Assembly: GCA_040285825.1 (NCBI GenBank)
Contig: JAUPSS010000001.1
Span: forward strand, 2,728,001-2,792,000
DNA: 64,000 nucleotides
Direction: 5' to 3'
Source of the DNA: Eukaryota sp. TZLM1-RC
Taxonomy: Eukaryota; Protista; Metamonada: BaSk clade
Shown here: positions 1 through 13,090 of the stretch, piece by piece
How positions within the stretch are numbered: position 1 is the stretch's first letter
Layout: every line of letters starts with the position of its first letter
Program-made: the position numbers and the translations under genes
The notes under the pieces: model-generated
Told to the model about the DNA's origin: nothing
The model's input: the letters and a program-made list of their open reading frames with translations, nothing else
Database searches by the model: none

Positions 1-475
1 TTCTTTTTGGCAAAGAATTTCCAAAATCTTGTTAAAAATAATAAAAAAAAATGTTGTTATGTTCCATTTGTTTGATTTCAATTGGGAGGAAAAAGAACGC
101 ATTTCCATTGACACAGGAACAGAACTGACAGGACTCACCTCTACAGGAATTTTAACAGGTGCACGAAGAGAATCACTTGTTTGACAGTCAAAACAAAACA
201 AGAGAGGGCGACAATTGGAAGAATTAGAGAGGAACTTTTTGCAAAAAGGACAATTATGTTTCAAGACATTATCCGTAGGATCAGGAGCAACAGTTTTTGG
301 TAAATGAGTTTGATCAATATTTAAATCATAATTAACATCATCAGCAGAAACATTGGGAACAGGAGGAAGATTCAGTGCGGATGGCGTTTGCAAACTATTA
401 ACAATAGAAATATTTGTTTTCAGTCTCATTGTTTCGGTAATAATATCAGGACATTTTCTAATGTTATTTGAAGTT
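1..475 (-). mobile_element. Probable N-terminal region of a CRE-like non-LTR retrotransposon ORF (runs off the window start)
   Basis: The minus-strand frame reads ...NIRKCP (end of a CCHC-knuckle-like motif), then a low-complexity linker and CPFC...CFDC. This matches the layout of the 5' part of the element at 5500-6170. Confidence 0.4.
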
Positions 476-489
476 GATTCAAATAAAAA

Positions 490-590
490 TTAGATTCACC
501 ATGGATCAGATGAACATCATAAGGAAACCTTTGAAAAAATTCAAAAACAAAATTTTTTCCACCTCCTAAAAAAGCTGCTTTACATAAAAT
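490..590 (-). mobile_element. Short fragment of a CRE-like element (related to family B)
   Basis: Similar to 34700-34810, the AAFLGGGKNFVFEFF region. Confidence 0.65.
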
Positions 591-599
591 TTTTTTTTG

Positions 600-842
600 A
601 AAAATTTTAATTTATTATTAAACTACAGTCTAAAAGTCAATATCTTCAAAACAAGCTTCCACACCATCAAACCTCACAACAGCAATTTCTTCGTAATGTG
701 CACTGACAGACATCAAAGCTTTCGAAATCATTTTAGGAATTGATTTGAAAATAGTAAAAACAATACGATTTAGCCACAAGCGACGATCAAAACGCTTATT
801 CATTCTTCTTTTCACAAGATTTTCAAAATCATCAATAAAATT
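600..842 (-). mobile_element. 3' end of CRE-like non-LTR element, family D
   Basis: ORF 630-815 ends RIVFTIFKSIP...FEDIDF and is followed by an A-rich tail. Near-identical to 26513-26725. Confidence 0.85.
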
Positions 843-857
843 TGTTTCATTTCATTT

Positions 858-1658
858 ACTTTTATTCAACAACAAATACGAAATACACAATTAAAACTCC
901 ACATCCTCAAAACCTGCCTCCCCTACATCAAAACAATTAATTGCTAAAGATTCAGAAAATTTCCCAAAAGAAGATAGTGAATCAGAAATTAGTTTTACCA
1001 TTCCCTTAAAAATAGAAAATACAATCCTGTTTTGCCAGTAAACACGATTGAAAATTCTTCCAGTTCTTTCCTTTACAACAACAACATAATCCTCAAGGAA
1101 AGCCATAGCAGCCTTACCTAGAGATCCAAGCAGAGAAAAAACAAATGGACATAAATTATATTGGGCATGAGAATTTTCATTAACCGAAGAAATGGGATTC
1201 GCATATTTAGCAATTTTATATTTTTCGCCTGCAAGAAGAGGATTATTTACATACGAGTTAATGAAAGAATGAAGAGGTAATGAAATGTTTACAGTTCAAA
1301 AGATGAGTAAACAAAAGAGGTTTACCACATTTACAAGTTAAATGATTGGGCAAATTGTTTGGCCACAGAAAACAACGAAAACGCATGTTTAGAAGCCATT
1401 CATTGTTTTTTAACAAAAGTCCATAAACAGAGGGAACTTGAGTTACTAAAGCAGCAGCTGAACTATCACGAATATCCTTTAAAAAATTACCGAAAGTGGG
1501 ATTTTTAGTTTTGGCCAAGCCAAGTCTTACTTCATAATCCAAGCCTTCATATAATTTAACCAGATGGTGCTGAAGCTTTTTCAAGCAAAAACGTAAATAT
1601 GGAAGTGATCGGGTGGGAATTTCTTGAACATTTTGAGGAAAACACTGAATCCAGATAT
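858..1658 (-). mobile_element. 3' portion of CRE-like non-LTR element, family B, with an internal deletion
   Basis: Near-identical to 33625-34650, but about 250 bp of the endonuclease region is missing at about 1270. Confidence 0.88.
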
Positions 1659-2894
1659 TTTTTTATTTAAATTTAATTTTATGCAAAACCTATAAATCAA
1701 CATCTAAAAAAATCCATCTCTCCCAGAACAAAAACACTAGATGCAACTCTCTCATAGTGAGATTCAAGAGAAAGCAAAGCATCAGAAACCATCTTCAACA
1801 TCCCCTTAAAAATAGAAAACACAATTCTATTTTGCCAAAACAATCTGTTGAAATTTCTGCCAGTTCTTCTCTTTACAATCATTTCAAAATCATCCAAAAA
1901 ACGTAAAGCAGTTGGTGCAAGTGAACCAAAAAGGGAAAATACAAATGGATACAAATTGTATTTTGCATGCTGTAGACTGGCCAATTTGGACAAAGGTTCA
2001 TTGTATTTTTTGAATTTAAAATTTTCAGCATTTGAAAGGGGATTATGAATTTCAGAATTAACTAGCCTTTCATTTGAGGCATTACAAGGATCAACAGACA
2101 TTACATCCAATAAAATGAAACTTCCATCTAATCCAGGTAATATAACATCACCTCTATTATTCTTATGAAAAACATCTTCAGCATCAAACAGACTTGACAA
2201 CAGAGGTTCCAAGAAGGATTCAATTCTATGAGATTTACACATACAATATAACTGGTCTCTTACAGCATCATGAACTTTGCTTCTAAAAGTAATAAAATGT
2301 TTACAATTTAACAAATGAGTAGTTGTAATTTCTCGAGAACATTTACAAATTAAATTATGAGGTAAATTATCAGGCCAGATAAAGGAACGAAATCTCATAT
2401 TTAGAGTCCAAGCAGAATCGGTTAAGAGAGTACCATAAACTTGGGGAATTGTTGTTACTAAGGCAGAAGAAGTACTGTCACACATATCTTGTAAAAGATT
2501 TGCAAAAGCGGGATTCTGTTTCTTGGCCAAGCCAAGTCTAACATCAAAATCCAAGCTTTCAAAACTCTTTGACAATTTTTGTTGCAGCTTTTTACAGCAA
2601 AATTGTAAATTTAAAAGAGATCGGTTTGGAATTTCTTGAATTGATTGAGGAAAACATTTGGTCCAAATTTGTGGCGGCAGTTTTTCAAGTTCACAAGATA
2701 ACTCATACAAATAGGGACTGCAATTGGGAACTAACAGATGAGAATCATCAGGAAATCTACGAGAAAATTCATAAATAAAATTTTTGCCACCACCCAAGAA
2801 TGTTGATTGACACAAAATTGAAGATTTAGTAAATCCAATACCACCCAAATTTGTTGAAGAAAATAAGTGACTTTTCAACATTCCTGGTTCTACA
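1659..2894 (-). mobile_element. 3' portion of CRE-like non-LTR element, family A (continues at 6244-6465)
   Basis: ORF 1697-2881 has CxC...HLLNC, HDAVRD, EP and RGD...D restriction-like endonuclease motifs. Near-identical to 59885-61088. Confidence 0.9.
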
Positions 2895-5800
2895 TAAAAA
2901 TATTAATTTATTGAATTTGCACACTTGATTAAATAAAATCATAACTAATGGGACGACTATCATTAAACCAAGATTTCCTCTACAAAATCTTGATTTGCTT
3001 GCTGTCTAGCTAAAGCTTCTCTAATTCGATTGAAAAACCGCGGTAATCTATTAATAATGGCAAATTGAATCCGTGAACGCCATAAAAAAATATCAAATCT
3101 TTTCATTGTTTTTTCTTTCACCATTTTTTGGAAGTCATCCAAAAAAGTTTCTGCTTCAACTGATAATCTTCCATTTATCGAAAATGGAAAAGCAATAAAA
3201 ACCAGCTGTGTATTTCTATCGATATTTGCATCTTCAATTTCTTTATCATATTTTCTATGTTTTTCTTTTGCTTTAAAATCCAGAGCAGCCACAGGATTAA
3301 GTTTTCTTCTGTGAACCAAAGTATCGTTTGCAACATTACATGAGACAAAGTCAACAATAGCTTCAGAATTATCAATCCAATCACAGTATACATCACCTCT
3401 ATCATCAGAACCAAAATTATTCAGAGAAAGTGTTTCTTTCAGCAGAGGCTCTTTGATACACGATATTCTTGCAGTTTGTGCCATATTGAAAACAGTGTCT
3501 CTAACAGCATCAAGTAATGAAGAACGATAAGTTATCAATTTAGAGCAATTTAGAGCATGGCGCAAAGTGAGTTGAGGTGAATTCGAACAAATACATTTTT
3601 CTTTTGATAATAATTGGTTAATGGGGATGTTCAAATATAATCTCATTTTTGTTACAAATGCTTCATTAGTAGCACACAATCCAAATCTTCGTGGTACAAT
3701 GGTTACAAAAAGTGAAGAATCTGACACCTTGTTTTCACAAACACCCTTTTCCAATAACAATGAGTGAAGATCTTGATTTAAAACAGCCGAGCTGCAAATA
3801 TTATTATAAAGATCTTTTTCATACATTCCAGTCAATCTTTTCTGTAATGTTCGAAGAGTGTACTTCAAATTTAAAACATTTTTTTCTGGAATATTGCCAT
3901 TGAATGATTGGGGAAAACATCGACCCCATTTTTCTACATCAATTCTTGAAATTTCTTCATTTAATGCAAAAACAGTGGAACTTTGCGTTGTCATCAATAA
4001 ATCTTCCCAATCTGCAAATCTTTCGGAGAACTCAAAGATTGCATTTCTGCATCCACCAACAAAAGCACACGAGGTAAGAATAGAAGCCTTCGTCCACCCT
4101 AAACCACCATATTGTGGACTAAGGTAAGCATGATCTGGAATTTGAAACATTTTACATCCCAGTAATTGAGACAGAACTTTTGCACGTAACTCATTAAACT
4201 TTTGAGCCAAAGGTCTAGTGACGAGAGGATTTGTAGATCGAAATATATGATTAAAATTGGAACTAAAACACAGTCTTATAATGGTAAATTTGATGTGTTT
4301 TTTTATATCTAAATTCATCATTCGGTCAATTTTGTCAGAAATTGAGTTCAACTTTTCAAACAATTTTTTGGTAATTTCATCATTATTTCCTAAAAACGAA
4401 CCCAAATGACGAATAGCATCAATTGAATATAATTTGGCTTGAATTTCAATATCATCAATTATTGTGGAAACTGGAGAATTCGATAACAAAACACATTTAA
4501 GTAAATTAAGTCGGAGACCAATTTTGGTAAATAATTCTTTAAAACATACAGTTGCTTTTTTTCACAATATTTAATTCACCAATAAGCACAACATCATCCA
4601 TATATGCAATCATTTTTAGTGAAGGAAACATCTCTTGAATTTGCGGTAGAATAGGATGAATGGCCAAACAAAACAAAAGAGGTCCTAACGGATCTCCTTG
4701 CTTTACGCCACTTGATGAAATCAAAATGTTGTTACCAAAATGTAAATTAGAATATGTGCAATATGTTGATTGAAAATATGGTATTAATTCTGGCATATAT
4801 TGCAATAGAGCACCATGGATACTGCGACGACTTAGCGAATTGAAAGCATTACTAAAATCCAATGACATGCAAACATTGGATTCATTTTGACGAAATAAGA
4901 CATCAGTAGCAAAAATCGCTGAAGAGACTCCATCTGTAGTATTTATACCATATTGAAAGGGTAATAAAATCTTTTTAGCTTTTTCATTGAACCTGCTTAA
5001 GCAACACGCAGAAAAAATATTATGTAAGCTCTCAGAGACTGCAATAGGACGAACATCCATTTTTGAATTTTTGACAAGTGCAGTCAAACGAGAACTTCTT
5101 AATTCTTCTGGGTACTTGCGTTGACCAGATAATATTTGGTTGAAAAATTTGGTCAATAAACCAAGGCAATCTTCTGAAGAAATAATCGCGGCTTTTACAT
5201 GATCAATAGTTATACCAGAAAGTCCGGCAGACTTACCACGAGGTCTCTTTTTGATAACCGAAAAAACTTCTGATGGCATCAATGGATAATTTTCCCAGTA
5301 TGTGCCGTAAAAATTTTGATCCATAACAGGGTCTTCATAAGGATGAAGTATTTTCAGTTTATCTACTGTATTTTCATTGTTCGGTGCTTTGACTCCAGGA
5401 CTTAAAGCTGACAAAGCCTTGGACCATTTGTTGTCAAAGCATTTGTCTTCAAAAATTTTACTTAATTTCTCGGATGACTGATTTCTCGGTGCTATATTGG
5501 TTAAATCTTCGGAAATATTAACGAAATTTTGTTCAAAAGGAGGACAAAAAGAACCAAAAAAATTCCCAAATAATATTGATAGCATACTTTCCTTTACATA
5601 ATTGATCCAAAAATCTTTGAAAAACGAAAGCAAATTCATTGCATTTGGTCGGATGAATTTCTTGAGGTATTCTTATAGGAGGATGGTAGTTATCAACTAT
5701 GCGGCATTTCAAGCAGCGATCAGAAGTTTTTCCTTTTGCATTTTTTTCTAAAAAGAAATACCACAAGTGTTGCAAGTTTTGTGCTTCAATCGATTGCTAA

Positions 5801-6243
5801 CTGGTTTTGCAACAACTTGTGGAGCATTATTTATGGGTTCTACCTTAGACTCTTTCCTTCTAATAAATTTTCTTTTACATTTTGTTTCAGAATTTGCCGC
5901 ATCATTTTTTCCAACATTGGGGCATGTTCGAGCATTATGTCCCTGTTGTCGACACTTTGAGCATCTGTAGGAGCGTGGCTTTGTTTTTGAACAAACTTTT
6001 TTTTTCATCGTGATTGTCTAAAAATTCTTGATCAGAATTTTTTTTGTCCAAAAATGAAGAGAGAAGAGGTTGAGGAGGAGAGGTGGAAAGGACGTCTTGA
6101 GCATCTTGTTGACTATCGTTCTTTCTTTTGACTCCATTAGAATCAGAAACTGATTCAGACATCAACAAGAAAGAATATAAACAATGATCTCGGTTCAGCC
6201 AGGTTTTAAGTTAAACGGTTATATGTAGAGGAAGAAAAAAAAA
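2895..6243 (-). mobile_element. Near full-length CRE-clade non-LTR retrotransposon, family C (CCHC knuckle, RT, RLE; frameshifted)
   Basis: CSKCRQQGHNARTC knuckle (5748-6008). RT motifs RPIAV, DFSNAFNS, GVKQGDPLGPLLF and YMDD (4539-5639). Thumb and RLE motifs HALNC, DAVRD and RGD (2963-4489). Several frame breaks fall in poly-A/T runs. Confidence 0.92.
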
Positions 6244-6465
6244 TGTTCTCAATGAATTAAATGAACGACAAAAATCTAATGCTATGGAAGGAGCACAAGA
6301 TCTCAAAATGTGGGTTATTCTCCCAGTGTAGCAAATTTTAAGCATGAAAAATATGCTCTTCTATATCTAAAGAAGAAATTGAATCAAGTCCAATTTTCAT
6401 TTTTTCCAAAATAACTTGCAATTCATTCTGAATTTGAGGCACGTTTCCTAACCAACAAGTGTTAG
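6244..6465 (-). mobile_element. Upstream remainder of the family A element interrupted by the family C element
   Basis: Matches about 61112-61331. Confidence 0.85.
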
Positions 6466-6587
6466 GTTTGTTGATTAGTTTATTGAAATAAATCGAAATC
6501 TGTCAAAATTTCTTTTTCCGAGAATTTCGAAAAAAGGTCCTGATTCATCAACAATTCATCAACTTTGTACTACTGTGTAATTAGCTG

Positions 6588-7471
6588 ATGTCCATTCCTG
6601 TTCAAAAGCAAATACTCTTCTTCACACAAATCCCTCCCCAAGTCTTTGTCGAAGTAAGTCAAAATGGAAAAAGTTTGTATTCTTACCCATACTAATCCAA
6701 GTCACATGGGTACAACTCTCCGGTGTCAGTAATGCTTGTAATTTAACTATCGTCAGGGTAGGAAACCAGTTATTCTTTGAGTTTTCCCCCATCAGCTCTG
6801 ACCAAATACTTTTGAAGACTCCCGCAGAACATGCATATCTTTCCAGTCCAGCTAACCTTGTACTTAAAGACCCCTTCCAGCAAAAGAGGTACTGGGTTCG
6901 CTTTCAAAACGCAAACTCTGACAAACTGATATTTACACACATTCAGCAAGCCGTAGCTCTGGCAAAATCTGCTCAACAACAACAACCTCCACAGCCCATT
7001 GCTCACAATGTTCCCGTTCACAACAATGCATCTCAACCTCCTGCTCAATCCATCAGTTCTCATTCTGTACCTCAAAGCCAAAGCTTTGATGCCATTCATC
7101 TGCAGATTAAATCTAATGGAGACTCTTTTGCTGAACTTACAGAACTTCCCTCTGGTTATGTTTATGACATTTCTCCAACTGTCTTTAATCACGATTTTAC
7201 CATTGAACAACGCCTTGTCTCGTCGATGTACCAAAGAAAAGATATTCTCAAGAATGCTAGAATGGCTAGATCCATTGCCAGAAAGGAAGGAGCTTCCTTC
7301 AACCCTCCTAGCGAGCCTAGTCCTCCTGTACAACCACCTAGTTCTGGAAACCCTATCAAGGATCGGCTATTGGAGATGGGATTTCCTGAGGATAAGGTCA
7401 ATACTGCACTTTCTGTATCAGGAGGTGATCAAAGTAAAGCTTTACATGTTTTGTTGACTGGTTCATTGTGA
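6588..7471 (+). CDS. UBA-domain protein; one intron (6673-6701)
   Basis: ATG at 6588. Removing the 29-nt GTTTGT...ACTAAT...AG intron joins it in frame to ORF 6812-7471. C-terminal LLEMGF...AL...GGD..KAL is a UBA motif. Confidence 0.8.
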
Positions 7472-7546
7472 TTTTTGCGTTAGTTTTTGTACATAAAAAA
7501 TGTGTTATTCTTTTTTTAATCATTTTAAAACAGTGTGCGTTTCTCC

Positions 7547-7638
7547 TTCAAAACAAGCCGTAGAATTCTTATGTGATGATGTTTTGTCTTTTCAAAACAA
7601 GCCGTAGAATTTTTATGTGATGATGTTTTGTCTTTTCA
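7547..7638. repeat. 44-bp tandem duplication (two copies, one mismatch)
   Basis: ttcaaaacaagccgtagaatt(c/t)ttatgtgatgatgttttgtctt occurs at 7547-7590 and 7591-7634. Confidence 0.95.
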
Positions 7639-7860
7639 TCAAAATATAATTTTTGATACAGACAGTTTGAGTCTTGTTTACCGATAATGAATTACCCTGA
7701 TTTTTTACTAAACTTACATGCTGAAAGAAATTAGGAACCAAAGTAGGGGAAACTCAATTAGGAGAAATGAATTTCGCAAAGAGGGCACAGGAGAACAAAA
7801 ATACTTTTTTACCTGCACCTTCAACTCGTTGACTTATCTACATCTCAAACTATCCACAAC

Positions 7861-8820
7861 ATGGCTGACCGATATTCTGATGACCTCTACTTACAAATTG
7901 AAGAGTTTGAACGTGACAAGCGTAAAATCGAACGCCAAATTTTTGAAGAACGTGAACGTGCAAAACATCTTCAAACAGAAGTGGACAATTGTATGATATG
8001 ACGTCCTCTTAATCTTAGTACATGCTCAGATAAAGTCAGTGACAGAACGTGAGCAGACACTCCTGAACTCCAACCACGAACTCAAGGCCATCTTACAGAG
8101 TCACCAAGATGAACATATACAACTTCAGACTGAATTGAAGAAAGCTCGGTATGATTTATTGCCATTTCTAATTACAGTGCACAAATTGCATATTTTATGG
8201 AACAAACTGAAAACGAACGCTCAAAGTGTAAGACGGCGCAAAAAGACTTTGCTCAAAAACTAGAACAGATAAACTCAAAACTTGCAGAGTATCATGAATA
8301 TTACTCCTCTCAAACGTTGGCAAAAACACTCGAAACTGTGCAGAAAGAAAAAAGAGACCTGGAGATACAACTGAACCGTCTCTCCAATGAAAGTAATACT
8401 GCTGACCTCCAAAGAGAAATAGCAGACTGTCAGGATAGAAATGAAAAGCTTCAGGCCGAAACTAATGAATTAAAAAGCCATAATGAATCCTTACTTACAG
8501 AACAACAGAATTTAGTGGACCAAATTCAAAACTTGAAAGAAGAACTTTCTAAAGTAAACGTACCAAACCATGACAACAGCAACACTTCTGAATCCGAACA
8601 CAAATCACAACTAGATGAAAAAGAAGACCACTCTGAAGTTTCAATGTTGAAATCTCAACTCTCAGAATGGGAAAAAGTAGTGAACCAATCAACTTATGCA
8701 ATTGATCTGATTCACGACAATGTATGTGAAGCGTGTCAGGAAATAGTCAAAGCAGCTCTCGAACAAGCACAAGAACCTGAGGTAACTGGAGCAAACCAAA
8801 AGGGAGATATGCAATCATAG
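7861..8820 (+). CDS. Coiled-coil protein; two introns (7991-8018, 8149-8177)
   Basis: GTATGA...AG introns of 28 and 29 nt join three frames into one ORF rich in E/Q/K/L heptads. Confidence 0.8.
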
Positions 8821-8879
8821 ACTAAATTGTGATGAATTTTGTTTTCATAAAGGAATTTAAATTAAAAATTTATTCCTGG

Positions 8880-9240
8880 AACAGACACATTTTAAAACTC
8901 AACCCAAAACCTTAACTAATGCTTTCACCTACTCAAACCCCATCAATTGAATGACGGGATGTTTTCGCTATTCACTTGCATAGCAACTCGGTTGTTATAA
9001 AACTCCGTAATGTTATTCAAAATGGAGTTAATATAACGCAGAAATGCTTTCAATAACGAAATTACAATTCTGTTCTTCCAAATTAAAAAATGGAATGTAC
9101 AACCACTTTCTTTGAGAAGTTTTCCTAAATAATTTAAAAAATTGAGACCTGTTCCAATGGTGCCAAAAACTGAAATAGCATTTAGGACAAATTTGATGTT
9201 TCTGCCTCTTGCTCCATTGAGACGTTGGAGAAGGGCAATA
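8880..9240 (-). mobile_element. Degraded 3' end of another CRE-like family (G)
   Basis: The minus strand translates to ...FVLNAISVFGTIG...FL...WKNRIVISLLK, the C-terminal signature shared by the other families. Confidence 0.7.
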
Positions 9241-9306
9241 AGATATTTAAAAGGATGCTAAAGATCAATACTTTATTACTGTAAACCAACATTAAGATAT
9301 CTCACA

Positions 9307-10836
9307 ATGCTACCTGCTCTCGAGAATGCTCTGGAAACTGCTATAGCAAGGCTCAGTCTACACCAAAGCGAACGCCTACGACTAGTTTCTCAATCATTCT
9401 CCAGGTTAGTTCGTCGTTCTTCACGGAAAAGAGTCAGTCTAGATTTGGTACCCATTGCTCCAATACCGTCCCATCTACCTTCAATATTCTCTCACTATCC
9501 GTTCCTCAAGACCCTTAAACTTCACTGGTCATTTGAATTCGGCAGTGATGCTGATCTGAAAAATAGCCTCGATGCTTGCAAGATTTTGAGAAATTTAAAC
9601 CATCTCTATTTGCCAATCACAGACCTTTCAATTTCCTCTCCTAGTCCTGTTCTCTCTCGTGTAGACTCCATCTATCATTCAAAGAATAAAATTCCTGTGT
9701 TTGTCTTTTCCAGCATTTTAGAACAACTTTCAAGGTCTTATCCTAAAATTAACTTTGCAATGATCAATACTGATGTTGATCAACATTTTGTGAATGCCAT
9801 CAATTCCGGTAAATTCATCAACTTGCAAAGTCTCTTTATCAAAAATTTGTTAATTCCAGCCAAATCATTAATTTCTATTCTAGAAAACCTTCCGAAATTA
9901 AAAACAATAATTTTTCATAATACTGCAAATACTGTTTCGTCCCTATTATTCAATCTGTCATGTACAGTTCCCCACATCCGATTCGAATGTATACCAATGA
10001 ATAATGAAGCAGAAGCAAATCCTGTGTTGATGGAAACAAGATTGCTGTCAAAATACACATCAATAACAGGACTGCAGTTCTCTCAAGCAGCATCATGTTG
10101 TCCTTGTTTAGAGAAGTTCTACGGACCTTTTGACTCACCTCTTGTGTGTTCAACTCCACTTACCCTGCGAACTGCTATTGTGAAGATCAATAAAAACTAT
10201 GAGAAAAGATTCAGAGAGTTTTGCTATATGATGGCTTCACTTCCTCTACTAACATCTGTTGGAGTGAACATCAGAACTGAAAAGTGTTGTTCCTTGTTTT
10301 TCAAATTATTACCATCATGTATTATTAATTTAGAATTATACCTTAAAACATCCAATTTGACGTCCTTGCAGTCCATTCCACTGCTGTGTCCGCTTCTTGA
10401 GTCACTGATACTGTCTGGAAAAGACATGGTTCTGGATGCATTACCTTGGAGCCAAATGGCATTTGTTCAGCGGTTGAATAAGTTGGAAAGATTGGTCTTG
10501 GAACATGTATATTTTGATGATACTGTTTGCATCTTCAAGTGTCCGATGTGGTCCCTTCGCTATCTGAGCATTAGTCAATTTACTACCCATCGTGGAAAAA
10601 TGCCATTGTCATTCCCTGAATTGCTTGAGAATTCTCCCTACTTGATAGACTTCTATATTGATGTTTACTTCTATGGTTTAATTAAACACTTAGCTCAACA
10701 CAACAAACGGTTGACCAGGTTCTGGACTGAAGAGGTAATTGAAGAAGGTGAGCTGCGAGAATTGGATTCCATTTTCACTGTTTTGGTAAGACCTCGGGGT
10801 TATCACAAGACAGACTTGTTATCGGGGGGTCATTAG
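9307..10836 (+). CDS. F-box-like / leucine-rich repeat protein
   Basis: 509-aa intact ORF with N-terminal RLRLVSQSF (F-box end) and repeated LxxLxL motifs. Confidence 0.65.
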   Translation: MLPALENALETAIARLSLHQSERLRLVSQSFSRLVRRSSRKRVSLDLVPIAPIPSHLPSIFSHYPFLKTLKLHWSFEFGSDADLKNSLDACKILRNLNHLYLPITDLSISSPSPVLSRVDSIYHSKNKIPVFVFSSILEQLSRSYPKINFAMINTDVDQHFVNAINSGKFINLQSLFIKNLLIPAKSLISILENLPKLKTIIFHNTANTVSSLLFNLSCTVPHIRFECIPMNNEAEANPVLMETRLLSKYTSITGLQFSQAASCCPCLEKFYGPFDSPLVCSTPLTLRTAIVKINKNYEKRFREFCYMMASLPLLTSVGVNIRTEKCCSLFFKLLPSCIINLELYLKTSNLTSLQSIPLLCPLLESLILSGKDMVLDALPWSQMAFVQRLNKLERLVLEHVYFDDTVCIFKCPMWSLRYLSISQFTTHRGKMPLSFPELLENSPYLIDFYIDVYFYGLIKHLAQHNKRLTRFWTEEVIEEGELRELDSIFTVLVRPRGYHKTDLLSGGH

Positions 10837-11224
10837 GTCAGTAATAATGTACTTTTAAACAATTGAAATAATTCAGAAAATCAAGTTGAAACAAGTATAG
10901 TGGCAACAATAGTCCAATTTTGATCAAATTTCAGTCTTTGATCAATTAATTGTTTTTGATAATTGTTCAACAATCATCAATAATAAGTCGCTGTTTACAC
11001 CACGGGAAATCTAAACAAAGATATTTTCACAGTTGTGGTTGCGCATTGAACTTGACATTTCTTCTTTCCTCACTGAGCACCTACACTTTCTAGAATGACA
11101 GATACGTCAGAAACCTATGGACTTCACGTCACAGTCTTTGACATCTCTTGAAGAATAAACTTCGTTTCCAATTCTTTCGTTTTGATTCTGTACATTGTGT
11201 TAGAGTTATATGTGTTATTTGATC

Positions 11225-12900
11225 AAATTAATCATCAACCATTCATTGCATCAAATTTCTCCAATCAAAATATTTTACCAAAATTGGGTTCTGAACTTGA
11301 TACAATTTCTTCATTTGAAATAGAGAAACATATTAAGTTCTTTGTTTTTAAAATTTGTTACTCAGTTGAAATTACTCACATTTTAAGAACAACTTCTCCA
11401 AATATTTCACGTCTATCTTGCGGCTCCTTTAACCACTTAAGGACAAAAATTTTGCATCTTTATTTGATGCAATTCCTGAATTAATTCGAAGTCATGTGTT
11501 TTCATCATCTTATTTTGGTGATATTAATTTCACTTAATCGTCTATTCTCTGTCAAGCTGCTTTCCTTGGTGGAGGGAAAATGTTGTTGTTCAATTTTGCA
11601 ACCGTTTTTCAAAATGATGTTGATTTCTGAAATAATTAATATTTATTGAACATCCGCACTTAACAAAATAAACTCATAACTAATGGGACGAATATTATTG
11701 AACGAAGATTTCCTCTACAAAATCTTGAGCTGCTTGCTGTCAAGCTACAGCTTCTCTTATTCGATTAAAAAACCGAGGTAATCTATTAATAATGGAAAAT
11801 TGAATCCGAGAGCGCCATGAAAAAATATCAAATGTTTTCATTGTTTTTTCTCGAACCATTTTTTGGAAGTCATTCAAAAAAGTTTCTGCTTCTACTAGTA
11901 GTCTTCCGTTCATCGAAAATGGGAAAGCAATAAAAACTAGTGTATTTCTATCAGCATTAGCTTCCTCGATATCTTTGTCATATTGCTTATGTCATTTCTT
12001 GAATTCTACCAGTAATAATAATTTAAGAGACTTTGAAAGAACGCTTGATTGTTTACCTCCTGAAATTTGGAGTATATGCTTTTCTGAAAATGTACAGGAA
12101 ATACCACTTAGAAGGCTGAATCATTTGAGGTGTTGTGTTAATAAATTGCAACAAAAAACAATCATTTTTGAAGATTAAAAATAAGGTATTTCGTCTCGGC
12201 TCGGCCAAAGACTACATAGCTGATTTTCTGTTAGATATAAAAAATTTCCTCTTTATGTTGAACCACTAAGATTCCTCAAATCTACAACTTACTTTTAGAT
12301 AATACCACTTTTGTATGTATAATGCGTTTCCGCTGTTTGATTTGCCCTGACAACATGCTTCCTAATTTACCCTTCAAATGTGGATTGGCAATTACTCCAA
12401 ATCATTTGCTTAAATGTAATTATTTTATAACTGTTCGATCAACAGTTGATGATGCAGTGAGAGATCAACTCTATTGCATGTTATAGTCACACTTATAAAG
12501 TTTCCTATTTAGAACCATTGCTTTCTCGTTTGGTTCATTTATACACTTTGAATTCTTTTCATCGAAATAGGGGCGATTTGGCACTTGGAGGTCTAGAAGC
12601 GACGTCCATCTTTACTGATGTCAGAACCACTGATGTGTGTAATGAATTTTTTAAACCATTAGCTCATTCAAAATAGAGGAATCCCGTGTCTGTTGCTGGG
12701 AAATTTAAAATTGATGAATATAAAGCAAATTATGTCCTTTGTCCAATTGCTTTCTCCTTACATGCCTCCCTTTCACCTATTGCGAAGTCATTCGTAGATG
12801 ATTTGGTTTGGCTGAAATTGTAAAACATGAAACATGAAGAGTTTGATGAGGTTTCTTGGCAGAATAGAATTGTTTTTCAGTTTATAAAGTTTTTGTTTTT
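11225..12900 (+). mobile_element. Degraded CRE-like non-LTR element, family F, interrupted by an antisense family C 3' end
   Basis: IEKHIKFF..KICY, AAFLGGGK, DAVRDQLY and WQNRIVF motifs occur across broken frames. Confidence 0.8.
11630..11992 (-). mobile_element. 5'-truncated family C 3' end inserted in family F
   Basis: Homologous to 2900-3260. A possible short duplication (atttct) lies at both junctions. Confidence 0.82.
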
Positions 12901-13090
12901 TATTTGTTAATTCTTGGACGGTTTTATGAGGGAAAAACATCAATTTATTTGTTTTTCGCTGATTTGGGATATGAAGATATTGAATATTAAGTTTGTCGTA
13001 AAGCTCTCCTATCTTGTTGAACAAAATCAAAATAGTAACATTAAAATAATAATAATATCCCCATCATCCTTCAATTCTCAATTCTCATAC

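Noticed and set aside
7547-7638. Possible CRISPR array or box C/D snoRNA pair
   Set aside because: Only two adjacent 44-bp units with no spacers. GTGATGA is present but no convincing D box or terminal stem was seen.
11000-11185. Cys-rich minus-strand remnant (C..RKCRC...NCEN), CXC-like
   Set aside because: Too short and broken to assign.
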